Assembly (NCBI GenBank): GCA_040754455.1
Contig: JBFMCP010000003.1
Location: forward strand, 32,001 to 96,000
Direction of reading: 5' to 3'
DNA length: 64,000 nt
From: Nitrospirota bacterium
Lineage (GTDB): Bacteria; Nitrospirota; Thermodesulfovibrionia; Thermodesulfovibrionales; Dissulfurispiraceae
The notes under the pieces: model-generated
What the model was told of the DNA's origin: nothing
The model's database searches: none
Seen by the model: only the letters and a program-made list of their open reading frames with translations
Shown: one piece after another, positions 12,343-22,565 of the stretch
Numbering within the stretch: position 1 is the first letter of the stretch
Layout of the letters: every line of letters starts with the position of its first letter
Position numbers and translations under genes: made by a program

Positions 12343-13550
12343 AGTGCTATCCCCAGCACCTCATCGAGAACGCCCACCACGTAATCGATGTCCTTCTCAT
12401 CAACGGTGAGCGGCGGCAGAAACCTGAGGACATTGCCGCCTCCGGTGCAGTTGATCAGCACTCCCCGGTCGATACATGCTTTGACGATAGGCATCCCATC
12501 CCTCGTAAGCTCCATGGCAACCAGCAGGCCCTTTCCTCTGACGTCAGTGATCTGTTGGTGATACTCTTTCAACTGCTGCAGCCGCTCAACAAAATAGTTT
12601 CCCATACGGTTGCAGTGGTCGAGAATAAAACCGTCGTCCAGTATCGTCTCGATCGTTGCCACGGCTGCAGCACAGACAAGGGGATTGCCGCCGAAGGTTG
12701 AGGCGTGATTGCCCGGTTTGAACGCTGAAGCCACTCTCTCTGTTGCCAGCATGGCGCCTATTGGCGCTCCGCCGCCGAGCCCCTTTGCCAGCGTCATGAT
12801 ATCGGGAGATATTCCGTAATGCTCGTACGCAAAGAGCTTTCCTGTCCTGCCGATGCCGGTCTGCACTTCATCGAGAATCAGGAGCAGGTCATACCGATCG
12901 CACAGCTCCCTTACCCTTTTCAGGTAATCCTCTGAAGGGAGCTTCACTCCTCCCTCTCCCTGAATCGGTTCGAGCATGATCGCACAGGTCTTCGGCGTTA
13001 TTGCCGCCTCAAGGGCAGTGCTATCATCAAACGGAACATACTTGAATCCGGGGACCAGCGGCTCAAAGCCCCGGTGGAATTTCTCCTGACCTGTTGCCGT
13101 TATTGTCGCGAGAGTCCGTCCGTGAAAAGAATTCAAGGTAGTAATGATTTCATAACGATAGTGTTCGCCGTGCTGACCGTGATGCTCCTTTGCGTACTTC
13201 CGCGCGAGCTTTATGGCAGCCTCGTTCGCTTCAGCACCTGAGTTGCAGAAGAACACTTTATCGGCAAACGAGTGAGTGACAAGAAGCTTTGCGAGCTTTA
13301 CCTGGGGCTCTATATGAAAAAAGTTCGAAACATGAAGCAGCCGCTGCGCCTGTTTCTGCAGCGCGATCACCACCTTGGGATGGCAATGGCCGAGCACATT
13401 GACCGCGATGCCGCCGACAAAATCGATGTATTCCTTGCCATCGGCGCCCCACACCCGTGTCCCCCGGCCCTTTCTGAGCACGACGGGGAACCGGTTATAG
13501 GTATGCATTATGTAGCGCTCTGAATCTTCTATGATTTTTTTCTGCTCCAT
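12339..13550 (-). CDS. argD: acetylornithine aminotransferase
   Basis: NSGAEANE, SFHGRT, EPIQGEGG, DEVQTG, LAKGLGGG, STFGGNP; start ATG 13550. Confidence 0.95.
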   Translation of the reverse strand: MEQKKIIEDSERYIMHTYNRFPVVLRKGRGTRVWGADGKEYIDFVGGIAVNVLGHCHPKVVIALQKQAQRLLHVSNFFHIEPQVKLAKLLVTHSFADKVFFCNSGAEANEAAIKLARKYAKEHHGQHGEHYRYEIITTLNSFHGRTLATITATGQEKFHRGFEPLVPGFKYVPFDDSTALEAAITPKTCAIMLEPIQGEGGVKLPSEDYLKRVRELCDRYDLLLILDEVQTGIGRTGKLFAYEHYGISPDIMTLAKGLGGGAPIGAMLATERVASAFKPGNHASTFGGNPLVCAAAVATIETILDDGFILDHCNRMGNYFVERLQQLKEYHQQITDVRGKGLLVAMELTRDGMPIVKACIDRGVLINCTGGGNVLRFLPPLTVDEKDIDYVVGVLDEVLGIAL

Positions 13551-13629
13551 GGAACATGATAACACACCGCAAAAATACAGGGCAACTTAATAACCCTCGG
13601 AAAATTCATTTGTGTTATAATTTTAAATT

Positions 13630-14409
13630 ATGAAAATAGCTGTTACCGGGAAGGGCGGCGTCGGCAAGACCACACTCTCTGCAGTATTGAGCCACCTCTT
13701 TGCAGCAGAGGGCAAAAAGGTGATTGCTGTTGACGCAGACCCTGACGCGAACCTTGCTCAAGCGCTTGGTATCGCATTGTCCGATATCGAACATATACGG
13801 CCCATTGCCGAGATGGACGAGCTCATCGAGGAGCGGACCGGCGCAACGCCCGGCGCGCCGGGCGGCATGTTCAAGCTCAATCCGAGAGTCGACGACATAC
13901 CGCAAGAGGTCGGATTCAGAATCGGCGGCATTACGCTCCTGATCATGGGCAAATCAAAAGCCGCAGCCTCCGGCTGCTACTGCCCCGAGCATGTCTTCCT
14001 GCGGCGACTGCTCAAACATCTGATCGCCGAGCGGGATGAGGTGATTGTTGTCGACATGGAGGCCGGGATTGAGCACCTCACGAGAGGCACTGCAGAGGCA
14101 GTCGATGCTTTCATTGTGGTCGTGGAGCCAGGACAACGGAGCGTCCAGACCGCCAACACTGTACGTGAAATGGCAAAAGGGCTCGGCGTCAAGAAAGTCT
14201 TTGTGGTCGCCAATAAGGTGAGAGATGATAATGACGTTGCCTTTCTGAAAGAGCATATCAAAGACCTGGAAATCCTGGGTGCCATGAAATTCAACCAGGC
14301 CGTCATGGATGCCGATGTACAGGGCATCTCCCCTTTTGAAACCCCCGCTATTGTCGAAGACGTCAAAGCGATAAAACAGAAGCTTGAGAGCGCCTTAGGA
14401 ACTGATTAG
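13630..14409 (+). CDS. cooC: CO dehydrogenase/ACS nickel-insertion ATPase CooC/AcsF
   Basis: GKGGVGKT, DADPDANL, GCYCPE, DMEAGIEHL. Confidence 0.92.
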   Translation: MKIAVTGKGGVGKTTLSAVLSHLFAAEGKKVIAVDADPDANLAQALGIALSDIEHIRPIAEMDELIEERTGATPGAPGGMFKLNPRVDDIPQEVGFRIGGITLLIMGKSKAAASGCYCPEHVFLRRLLKHLIAERDEVIVVDMEAGIEHLTRGTAEAVDAFIVVVEPGQRSVQTANTVREMAKGLGVKKVFVVANKVRDDNDVAFLKEHIKDLEILGAMKFNQAVMDADVQGISPFETPAIVEDVKAIKQKLESALGTD

Positions 14410-14417
14410 GGATTACT

Positions 14418-15011
14418 GTGGCACCGCTTGTCAGTGATAAGGCCCGGCTGAGAAGAGAAGTGCTCTCCCGCCGTGACGTCATTACTACTGACATTAAACG
14501 CATCAAGGATGCAGCGATCAAAAAGCAGCTCTTTGCTCTCCTTGAATTTAACAACGCCCGCTCTGTCCTTTTCTATGCCTCTTTCAAAAGCGAAGTAGAC
14601 ACCCTCGCGCTGCTGCCGGAGAGTCTTGCACACGGGAAGCGCGTTGCGCTCCCGAAAGTGGATCGGGCAAGCGGCACCCTTATACTTTTTGAAATAAAAA
14701 CAATGGAAGAGCTTGTCCCCGGTTATCTAGGGATACCTGAACCGAACCTGCCCGAAGCGAGAATCATTGACATAACCGATATCGATCTGGTAATCGTACC
14801 CGGTGTTGCCTTTGACGGGCAGGGCAACAGACTGGGATACGGCAAAGGTTTTTATGATAAACTACTATCTCATACTCAGGTTCGTACTGTCGCCTTGGCC
14901 TATGAAGAGCAGGTACTGAATCGCATCCCTGCAGAAGCCCACGACAGAACGATGGACATCATCATTACTGATAAAAGGATTTTATATATCAATGGACGCG
15001 AAAAAGATTAA
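14418..15011 (+). CDS. 5-formyltetrahydrofolate cyclo-ligase
   Basis: [24 protein letters not shown]. Confidence 0.93.
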   Translation: MAPLVSDKARLRREVLSRRDVITTDIKRIKDAAIKKQLFALLEFNNARSVLFYASFKSEVDTLALLPESLAHGKRVALPKVDRASGTLILFEIKTMEELVPGYLGIPEPNLPEARIIDITDIDLVIVPGVAFDGQGNRLGYGKGFYDKLLSHTQVRTVALAYEEQVLNRIPAEAHDRTMDIIITDKRILYINGREKD

Positions 15012-15549
15012 AGAAGGCGTCAGACTCATTCTCGAAGGCATCGGCGAGGATGCCGACAGGCCCGGCATCAAGGATACGCCGGAGCGGGTAGCAAAGATGT
15101 TTGCCGAGATATTCTCAGGGCTCAAAGATCCCGAGGAAGACCTGCTCAAACCAATCGCCGGCGAGAGCCATGACGAGATGGTACTGCTGAAGGACATCCC
15201 CTTCTATTCGGTCTGCGAGCACCACCTGCTGCCGTTCATCGGCAGGGCGCATATCGCCTATATTCCATCAGGAAATATCGTCGGCCTCAGCGAATTGGCC
15301 AAAGCACTTGAGCACCTCGCCAAGAGGCCCCAGGTCCAGGAGCGGCTGACAGCACAGCTTGCCGACATGATTATGGATAAAATAAAGCCAAAGGGATGTA
15401 TGGTGGTCATCGATGCAGATCACCTCTGTATGAGCATGAGAGGCATAAAGAAGCCGGGATCGAGAACAACGACATCGGCAGTGCGGGGTATTTTCAGATC
15501 AAAGCAGAGCACCAGGGAGGAAATGCTGTCGCTGATAAAAGGTGCTTAA
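14992..15549 (+). CDS. folE: GTP cyclohydrolase I
   Basis: [30 protein letters not shown]. Confidence 0.96.
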   Translation: MDAKKIKEGVRLILEGIGEDADRPGIKDTPERVAKMFAEIFSGLKDPEEDLLKPIAGESHDEMVLLKDIPFYSVCEHHLLPFIGRAHIAYIPSGNIVGLSELAKALEHLAKRPQVQERLTAQLADMIMDKIKPKGCMVVIDADHLCMSMRGIKKPGSRTTTSAVRGIFRSKQSTREEMLSLIKGA

Positions 15550-15598
15550 CGTAAGATTCATCTATGTCTTCAAATAAAAAACGTACAAGGAGGTCAGG

Positions 15599-16507
15599 AT
15601 GGCAGCAAAAATTATTAACGGCACGGAAGTGGCCGCCCAGATCAGGGAGGAGCTCAAGAAGGAAGTCGCCGCTCTGAAAGAAAAGACAGGGGTCGTTCCC
15701 GGACTGGTCACGATCCTCGTGGGCAAAAACCCCGCATCGGTCAGCTATGTCACTGCAAAACAAAAAACAGCACACGAGCTTGGTTTCTATTCCATCCAGG
15801 ACGACCAGCCTGAAACCATTTCAGAAGAAGACCTGCTCAAGCTCATCGATAAGTACAACAAAGACCCGAAGATTCACGGTATCCTTGTTCAGCTTCCGCT
15901 TCCCAAGCACATTAACGAGAAAAAGGTCCTTAATGCAATTGACCCCGACAAGGATGTCGATTCGTTCCATCCGGTCAATGTCGGCCGTCTGATGATCGGC
16001 GGTGAGGAAGCAAGATTCCTGCCCTGCACACCAGCCGGTATACAGGAATTGATTGTACGCTCCGGCTATGAGACCTCCGGCGCCGAGGTCGTTGTCGTCG
16101 GTCGGTCGAACATCGTCGGCAAACCCATTGCCAACATCATGCTCCAGAAGGGCAAAGGAGCAAACTCCACGGTTACTGTCGTGCATACGGGGACGAAGAA
16201 TCTCGAGGCCCACTGCAAGCGCGCTGATATCCTTATCGTTGCCGCCGGCGTACCCGGTCTGGTGAAGCCCGAATGGATTAAGCCCGGGGCCTGTGTCATC
16301 GATGTCGGCGTCAACCGCGTCGGCGAAAAGAAGAGCGAGAAGACCGGCAAAATGGTGCCGATCCTCAAAGGCGATGTTGATTTTGATAAGGCCAAAGAGA
16401 TAGCGGGCGCCATAACCCCTGTGCCCGGCGGTGTCGGTCCCATGACCATCACCATGCTCATGAAGAACACCGTCACCTCGGCAAAAATGCACGCAGGCGT
16501 CAAGTAA
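15599..16507 (+). CDS. folD: methylene-THF dehydrogenase/cyclohydrolase
   Basis: LVQLPLP, KDVD, PCTP, GRSNIVGKP, TPVPGGVGPMT. Confidence 0.97.
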   Translation: MAAKIINGTEVAAQIREELKKEVAALKEKTGVVPGLVTILVGKNPASVSYVTAKQKTAHELGFYSIQDDQPETISEEDLLKLIDKYNKDPKIHGILVQLPLPKHINEKKVLNAIDPDKDVDSFHPVNVGRLMIGGEEARFLPCTPAGIQELIVRSGYETSGAEVVVVGRSNIVGKPIANIMLQKGKGANSTVTVVHTGTKNLEAHCKRADILIVAAGVPGLVKPEWIKPGACVIDVGVNRVGEKKSEKTGKMVPILKGDVDFDKAKEIAGAITPVPGGVGPMTITMLMKNTVTSAKMHAGVK

Positions 16508-16720
16508 CCGTCTGAAATAGCCAAGGATATCTACCCGGAGCGGACGTGCTTTCCAACGGCGCTCCGGGGCTCATTGCCGGCACAGTAGGAAGCCCCTTTT
16601 TTATTGTAAAAACAAAAAGGGGCATGGTAATATAAATTTTGATTATACGTTTATTAAAGACCTCCTGGCAGTCCTGTAATATATAGGAATTCCAGCATGA
16701 AGTCTCTCAAGGAGTAGGCT

Positions 16721-17326
16721 ATGTCGACAACTGCGTTGAAGTACGAACCTGCACGAACCCAATCACTTCTGCAGGAGATCATGGAGCGCTCCGGCCAGAA
16801 CCTGCGTGCTTGCTATCAGTGCCGCCGTTGCGCAGCAGGTTGTCCGGTAGGGGATGAAACAAAGGGTGTTACTCCCGACCGGCTGATCCGGATGATCGTG
16901 CTCGGCGATGAGGAAGGGGTCCTCAACAATCTCCTCACCTGGAAATGCGTTTCCTGCTACACCTGCGGCACACGCTGCCCGAACAATATCCAGACCGCTC
17001 GCATCAATGAAACTCTGAAGCACATCGCCAAAGAAAAGCACAGTCAGCCGCTGCTCCCCAAGGTGGCCTCATTCCACGATGCCTTTATGAAATCGGCCTC
17101 GCACTTCGGCCGCTTCAACGAAGTGGAGTTCATGGGCCTGTATCAACTGCAAAATGCAAAGCAGGGCGGGCTGAAAGGGATTATTGAGGAAGTGAAGAGC
17201 GCCTCCCGATTGGGGATAGCAATGATGAACAAGAAGAGAATGCACTTCAGTCTGGCAAAGGTCAAGAAGCTCTCCGAGGTGAAGAGCCTGTATAAAAAGT
17301 CAAAGGAAAAGGGTGCGGGCCACTAA
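16721..17326 (+). CDS. hdrC: heterodisulfide reductase subunit C-like, 2x[4Fe-4S]
   Basis: CYQCRRCAAGCP and CVSCYTCGTRCP. Confidence 0.9.
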   Translation: MSTTALKYEPARTQSLLQEIMERSGQNLRACYQCRRCAAGCPVGDETKGVTPDRLIRMIVLGDEEGVLNNLLTWKCVSCYTCGTRCPNNIQTARINETLKHIAKEKHSQPLLPKVASFHDAFMKSASHFGRFNEVEFMGLYQLQNAKQGGLKGIIEEVKSASRLGIAMMNKKRMHFSLAKVKKLSEVKSLYKKSKEKGAGH

Positions 17327-17358
17327 TGGTTTGCAACTCCAATAAATAGGGGTTTTTT

Positions 17359-18237
17359 ATGGTAGAAATAGCGTACTATCCCGGTTGTACCTTACATGCT
17401 TCCTCGGAGCTCTACGATGTGCAGTGCAAGGCGGTGCTCGGGAAGCTGGGGATTGAGCTCAAAGAGCTCGAGGACTGGAACTGCTGCGGCGCCACCTCGG
17501 CAGCCAAGACGGATGAGTTCCTCTCCATCGCCCTCCCCGCCCGCAATTTGGGCATCGCCGATGCCAGCGGGTATTCGGAAATGGTCATTCCCTGCTCCTC
17601 CTGCTACAGCAGGACCCTTGTATCGCAGAAGAGATTGCTCGAAGATCCTGAGTTGAAAAATACTATAAATGCCGAGCTCAGCCTGAAAGTCCAGGGGAAG
17701 ACAAAAATCCGGAGCATTCTTGAGATCCTTATTCCCAAAGCAGCATCCGGTGAACTTACTGAGAAAGCAGCGAAAAAACTCGAAGGATTGCAGCCTGCCT
17801 GCTACTACGGCTGTCTTCTGACCCGTTTCCCTGTTGATCTGGACGTCCCCGACAATGTCGAGAACCCGCAGGGAATGGAGGTCATCTGCAAGGCGATCGG
17901 AGCAAAGCCGCTCGACTGGAGCTTCAAGACCGATTGCTGCGGCGCTGCCGCCTCGGTCAATGATACCGACACCTCACTCTTTCTGATGTCCAGAATTATG
18001 AAGGATGCTATCGCACGCGGCGCCAACTGTTTTGTCACTACCTGCCCGATGTGCCAGTTCAACCTGGATGCCTATCAGGACCAGGTGAGAGCAAAATACG
18101 GCATCTCGCAGCAGCTGCCTGTCTACTTCATTACCGAGCTGATCGGTGTTGCCATGGGCATCAGCCCCCAAGCACTCCAGATCGACAGGCACTTTGTTGA
18201 TGCAATGGGACTGTTAAAGGAGTTGAAACTGCTATGA
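17359..18237 (+). CDS. hdrB: heterodisulfide reductase subunit B-like (two CCG domains)
   Basis: YYPGC/NCCGA/PCSSC and YYGC/DCCGA/TCPMC. Confidence 0.92.
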   Translation: MVEIAYYPGCTLHASSELYDVQCKAVLGKLGIELKELEDWNCCGATSAAKTDEFLSIALPARNLGIADASGYSEMVIPCSSCYSRTLVSQKRLLEDPELKNTINAELSLKVQGKTKIRSILEILIPKAASGELTEKAAKKLEGLQPACYYGCLLTRFPVDLDVPDNVENPQGMEVICKAIGAKPLDWSFKTDCCGAAASVNDTDTSLFLMSRIMKDAIARGANCFVTTCPMCQFNLDAYQDQVRAKYGISQQLPVYFITELIGVAMGISPQALQIDRHFVDAMGLLKELKLL

Positions 18238-21200
18238 GTACGAAACCTTCATCCAATAAACGCGGTTCTGTTTTGATTGTCGGCGGCGGTATCGGTTCGA
18301 TGCAGGCCGCCCTTGACCTCGCTGACAGCGGATTCAAGGTGCATCTGGTCCAGAAAGACCCTTCAATCGGCGGAACGATGGTTATGCTGGACAAGACCTT
18401 CCCTACCGGCGATTGCGCAATGTGTATGATCTCGCCCAAGATGGTCGAGGTAGGCAGGCATCTGAACATTGAAATCCACACCCTTGCCGAGGTGACCTCT
18501 GTCGAAGGAGAACCCGGCAACTACAAAGCAAAGATTAAGCTCGCTCCCCGCTATGTCGATCCCGACAAGTGTACGGGATGCGGTGACTGCGAGGCAAAAT
18601 GTCCCAAAAAGGTGACGAGCGAATTCGAGCAGGGTCTTGCAAAGCGCAAGGCCATCTACTCGCTTTTCGCCCAGGCAGTGCCGAATACAAGGGCGATCGA
18701 CGCAACCCAGTGTCTTTTCCTCACGAAAGGCACGTGCAAAAGCTGCCAGAAGGTCTGTAAGGCAGGCGCGATCAATTACGAGGATAAGGGTAAAGAGATC
18801 GAGGTCAATGTCGGCGCGGTCATCCTCGCACCCGGCCTAGACCGCTACAATGCAACGGTGAGAGGCGAGCTCGGTCTCGGGCGCTGGCCCAATGTAGTCT
18901 CATCCATCCAATTCGAGCGCATTCTCTCCGCTTCCGGTCCCTACAAGGGAGAAGTAAAACGTCCCTCTGACGAAAAGCATCCGCACAAGGTCGCCTGGAT
19001 ACAGTGTGTAGGCTCCAGAGATTCCCATAATGCCAATCCCTGGTGTTCCTCAGTCTGCTGCATGTACGCAACCAAGCAGGCCATTATCGCAAAAGAACAT
19101 GACAAGCGCATCGAGCCCACCATCTTCTACATGGAGATGAGGGCCTTTGGAAAAGATTTCGACAAGTATGTGGAGAGGGCAAAGAAAGAATACGGCGTAC
19201 GGTATCAGCGCGCCATGATCTCCGCGGTCCGGGAAGAGCCCGGGACCGGCAACCTGATCATGCGTTACGCTGCGGAAGACGGAACACTGATCGATGAGAC
19301 CTTCGATATGGTGGTCCTCTCCGTTGGTCTCGAGCCGCACAAGAATGCCGACGAGTTCGCCAAGACCTTCGGCATCGAGACCAATGCCTACAAGTTTGCA
19401 AAGACATCCCCGCTCCTTCCTGTGCGGACCAGCAAAGAGGGCATCTTTGTCACCGGCACCTACCAGGGACCGAAAGATATCCCTGAGACGGTAATGCAGG
19501 GAAGCGCGGTCGCCGGAGAAGCCATGGCCCTCCTCGGCGAGGTACGCGGCACCGAGACGATGAAAAAAGAGCTGCCGCCTGAAAGAGATGTCGCCAACGA
19601 AGAGCCGAGGATCGGCGTCTTCGTCTGTCATTGCGGCATCAATATCGCTTCCACCGTCGACATCGAGAAGGTGGTCGAAGAGGCGAAGCGACTTCCCGGC
19701 GTTGTGTATGCAACCAACACCATTTATGCCTGTGCGCAGGATAACCAGGAAGTCATCAAACAGACGATCAGAGACCAGAAACTGAACAGAGTCGTTGTCG
19801 CCTCGTGTACGCCGAGGACCCATGAGCCGCTCTTCCAGGAGACCATCCGTGATGCCGGACTGAACAAGTATCTCTTCGATCTGGCCGACATCCGTGAGCA
19901 ATGCTCCTGGTGCCACATGGGCAAGAAGGACGAAGCGACAAAGAAGGCGAAACAGATCGTCAAGATGTCGGTCGCCAAATCGCGGCTCCAGAAGCCGATC
20001 CAGACCGACACGGTCGGCGTCACCCCTGCCTGCATGATCATCGGCGGCGGTGTGGCAGGCATGACCTCTGCTCTTGCACTGGCCGATCAGGGCTTCGATG
20101 TCCACCTTGTCGAGAAAGAGAACGAGCTGGGCGGACTGGTCAGGAATCTTCACCGAACTCTTGAGGGAAGCGATGTCCAGGGATTCCTGAAGCAGAGGAT
20201 CGAGGCGGTAAAGAGCCACCCGCGCATCAAGGTGTATACCGGCGCTGAGGTGAAAAAGACCGAGGGCTTTGTCGGCAACTTCAAGACTTCGCTTACCGAT
20301 GGCTCCTCGTTCGATCACGGCACCATCATCCTGGCCACCGGCGGTGTCGAGTATGAGCCTACCGAATATCTCTATAAAGAAAGTGATAGAGTTATCACTC
20401 AGCGTGAGCTGGAGAAGAAGATCGCTGCCGGTGAGGCAGCAACGACCAGCGAATCCTTTGTCATGATCCAATGTGTGGGTTCCCGTGAAGAGCCGAACCA
20501 GTACTGCTCCCGCATCTGCTGCCAGGATGCGGTCAAGAACGCCATCGCCATCAAGGAAAAGAACCCGGATGCGCAGGTGGTCATTCTCTACAGGGATATT
20601 CGCACCTACGGACTGCGTGAAGATTATTATAAGAAGGCACGCGAACTAGGCGTGCTCTTTGTCCGCTATGACGTGGACAGGAAACCGGTGGTCGAAAAAG
20701 CAGGCGACCGGCTGCAGATCAAGACCTGGGACTACATGCTGAATAAAGAGCTGGTGCTCGATGCGGATTGGGCAGTACTTTCTACCGGCCTCAGACCGCA
20801 CCCGACGACCGATCAGGTCGGCGAGATGTACAAAGTCACCCGCAACCCCGACGGCTACTTCCTTGAGGCCCATGTGAAACTTCGCCCGGTGGACTTTCCG
20901 AGCGAGGGCATCTTCGTCGCCGGTCTCGCCCATGCGCCCAAGAACCTGGATGAGACGATCACCCAGGCGCTGGCTGCCGCAGGCCGCGCAGGCGTGGTCC
21001 TGTCCCATGAGCGGCTGGCGGTTTCGGGAATCATCGCAAAACACCGGAGAGAGCTCTGCATGTCCTGTCTCAGCTGCTTCAGGGTATGTCCCTTCGACTC
21101 GCCCTATATTGCTGAGGACGGCAAGGTATCTCATAACGAAGTCAAGTGCATGGGATGCGGCATCTGTGCAGGCATCTGCCCTGCAAAGGCGTTCCAGGTG

Positions 21201-21284
21201 AACAACTTCCGGGATGACATGATCCTGGCGATGATCGATGCGGCAGCCGAGTGTGAACCGGCTGCGGCTTCGGAGAGCAAATAA
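18234..21284 (+). CDS. hdrA: large HdrA-like FAD/Fe-S protein with two FAD modules
   Basis: GGGIG and GGGVAG Rossmann motifs, DKTFPTGDC, two QCVGSR..CS.(V/I)CC motifs, RIGVFVCHCG, internal and C-terminal ferredoxin motifs. Confidence 0.92.
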   Translation: MSTKPSSNKRGSVLIVGGGIGSMQAALDLADSGFKVHLVQKDPSIGGTMVMLDKTFPTGDCAMCMISPKMVEVGRHLNIEIHTLAEVTSVEGEPGNYKAKIKLAPRYVDPDKCTGCGDCEAKCPKKVTSEFEQGLAKRKAIYSLFAQAVPNTRAIDATQCLFLTKGTCKSCQKVCKAGAINYEDKGKEIEVNVGAVILAPGLDRYNATVRGELGLGRWPNVVSSIQFERILSASGPYKGEVKRPSDEKHPHKVAWIQCVGSRDSHNANPWCSSVCCMYATKQAIIAKEHDKRIEPTIFYMEMRAFGKDFDKYVERAKKEYGVRYQRAMISAVREEPGTGNLIMRYAAEDGTLIDETFDMVVLSVGLEPHKNADEFAKTFGIETNAYKFAKTSPLLPVRTSKEGIFVTGTYQGPKDIPETVMQGSAVAGEAMALLGEVRGTETMKKELPPERDVANEEPRIGVFVCHCGINIASTVDIEKVVEEAKRLPGVVYATNTIYACAQDNQEVIKQTIRDQKLNRVVVASCTPRTHEPLFQETIRDAGLNKYLFDLADIREQCSWCHMGKKDEATKKAKQIVKMSVAKSRLQKPIQTDTVGVTPACMIIGGGVAGMTSALALADQGFDVHLVEKENELGGLVRNLHRTLEGSDVQGFLKQRIEAVKSHPRIKVYTGAEVKKTEGFVGNFKTSLTDGSSFDHGTIILATGGVEYEPTEYLYKESDRVITQRELEKKIAAGEAATTSESFVMIQCVGSREEPNQYCSRICCQDAVKNAIAIKEKNPDAQVVILYRDIRTYGLREDYYKKARELGVLFVRYDVDRKPVVEKAGDRLQIKTWDYMLNKELVLDADWAVLSTGLRPHPTTDQVGEMYKVTRNPDGYFLEAHVKLRPVDFPSEGIFVAGLAHAPKNLDETITQALAAAGRAGVVLSHERLAVSGIIAKHRRELCMSCLSCFRVCPFDSPYIAEDGKVSHNEVKCMGCGICAGICPAKAFQVNNFRDDMILAMIDAAAECEPAAASESK

Positions 21285-21338
21285 TAAAATGGTGTTGAAT
21301 GCTGACGGCATTCAGCCTTGATAGAGGAGGATTGAGTA

Positions 21339-21857
21339 ATGAGTAACGTCGCGGAGTCAACGGAACAGGCTGCGGTCTCTTCCATCGAGAAGCCGCACGA
21401 GACGCCGCAGGGATGGGAGCCGAATGTGCTTGCATTCGCCTGTCACTACTGCGCGTTCGCTGCAGCGGATCTGGCCGGGGTCATGAGGCTCTCCTATCCG
21501 TCGAATGTGAAGGTCGTCCGGCTCCCATGCACCGGCAAGCTGGACCATGCCTATGTCCTGCGGGCCTTTGAAAAGGGCGTGGACGGCGTGTTCGTGGCCG
21601 GCTGACTTAAGGGGCAATGTCATTACCTGGAAGGTAATTCATTCGCAGCAAGAAGAATCAAATACATAAAAAATCTACTGGCCAAAGTGGGCATCGATCC
21701 TGCTCGTCTCGAGATGTACAACCTCTCCGCGGCAATGGGACCGAGGTGGGCGGAAATCTGTACGGAGTTTACCGAGAAGATTCGCAAGCTCGGCCCCTCG
21801 CCGGTGAGAGCTGCATTGTGCGGGTACAACGGATCGAAAAGGAGTGAACGGAAATGA
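21339..21857 (+). CDS. mvhD: MvhD-like [2Fe-2S] subunit, probable selenoprotein (TGA 21603-21605 read as Sec); 172 aa
   Basis: FACHYC, LPCTGK, then VFVAG-TGA-LKGQCHYLEGN...GIDPARLEMYNLSAAMGPRWAEICTEFTEKIRKLGPSP in the same frame up to TGA 21855-57, which overlaps the metV ATG. Confidence 0.9.
21614..21646 (+). promoter_or_regulatory. bacterial SECIS-like hairpin
   Basis: ATTACCT-GGA-AGGTAAT (21622-21638), a perfect 7-bp stem with G-starting loop about 24 nt after the TGA; the lower AATG/CATT pairing extends it. Confidence 0.7.
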
Positions 21858-22546
21858 TAGTCGGCACACAGAAGCCTTTTGAAGAAATCTGGGAAATGGT
21901 CAGGGGCACGAAAAGAGTCATGATCCTGGGCTGTAACACCTGCGTAGCGATCTGCCACGCCGGAGGCAGCAAAGAGGCGGAGATCATCGCCTCGATGCTC
22001 AGGATAAAGGCAACCCAGGAAGGCGTTGCCATGGAGGTCAACCACAATGGTATCGAACGGCAGTGCGAGCCCGAGTTCTTCGAGCCGGTCATGGAACAGC
22101 TCAGGTCCCACGATCTCGTGGTCTCCACCGCCTGCGGTGTGGGAGTGAACTTTCTTTCCGAGAGGATCGGCAATGTGCCGGTATATCCCGGCGTCAACAC
22201 CTCGTTCTACGGAGCAGTACCGCAGGCAGGTGTTTTCAAGGAGCTGTGTGCCGGCTGCGGCAACTGCATCCTCCACCTCACCGGCGGGATATGCCCGATC
22301 GCACGCTGCTCGAAATCGCTCATGAACGGGCCCTGCGGCGGCACCAATAACGGCAAATGCGAGATCAGCCAGGAAGTGGATTGCGGCTGGTATCTGATCG
22401 TCGAGAGGATGAAAAAGCTCGGCACGCTGGAGAAGCTGTACGAGGTGCAGCCTCCGAGGAACTGGTCCACGGGGCTCTACGGCGGGCCGCGCCGGGTGGT
22501 GTTGCAGCACATCCAGGATCTCGAAGATCAGGAAGAAAAGAAATAG
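21854..22546 (+). CDS. metV: methylene-THF reductase accessory Fe-S/Zn subunit MetV
   Basis: GCNTCVAIC, RQCE, ACGVG, CAGCGNC..GGICPIARCSKSLMNGPCGG..GKCE..CGW. Confidence 0.9.
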   Translation: MIVGTQKPFEEIWEMVRGTKRVMILGCNTCVAICHAGGSKEAEIIASMLRIKATQEGVAMEVNHNGIERQCEPEFFEPVMEQLRSHDLVVSTACGVGVNFLSERIGNVPVYPGVNTSFYGAVPQAGVFKELCAGCGNCILHLTGGICPIARCSKSLMNGPCGGTNNGKCEISQEVDCGWYLIVERMKKLGTLEKLYEVQPPRNWSTGLYGGPRRVVLQHIQDLEDQEEKK

Positions 22547-22565
22547 GGCGGGAGGAAAATAGACA

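Noticed and set aside
21339..21605. mvhD as a truncated 88-aa gene or pseudogene
   Set aside because: The downstream frame is intact, the stop is TGA at a conserved Cys position, and a SECIS-like hairpin follows; recoding explains it better.
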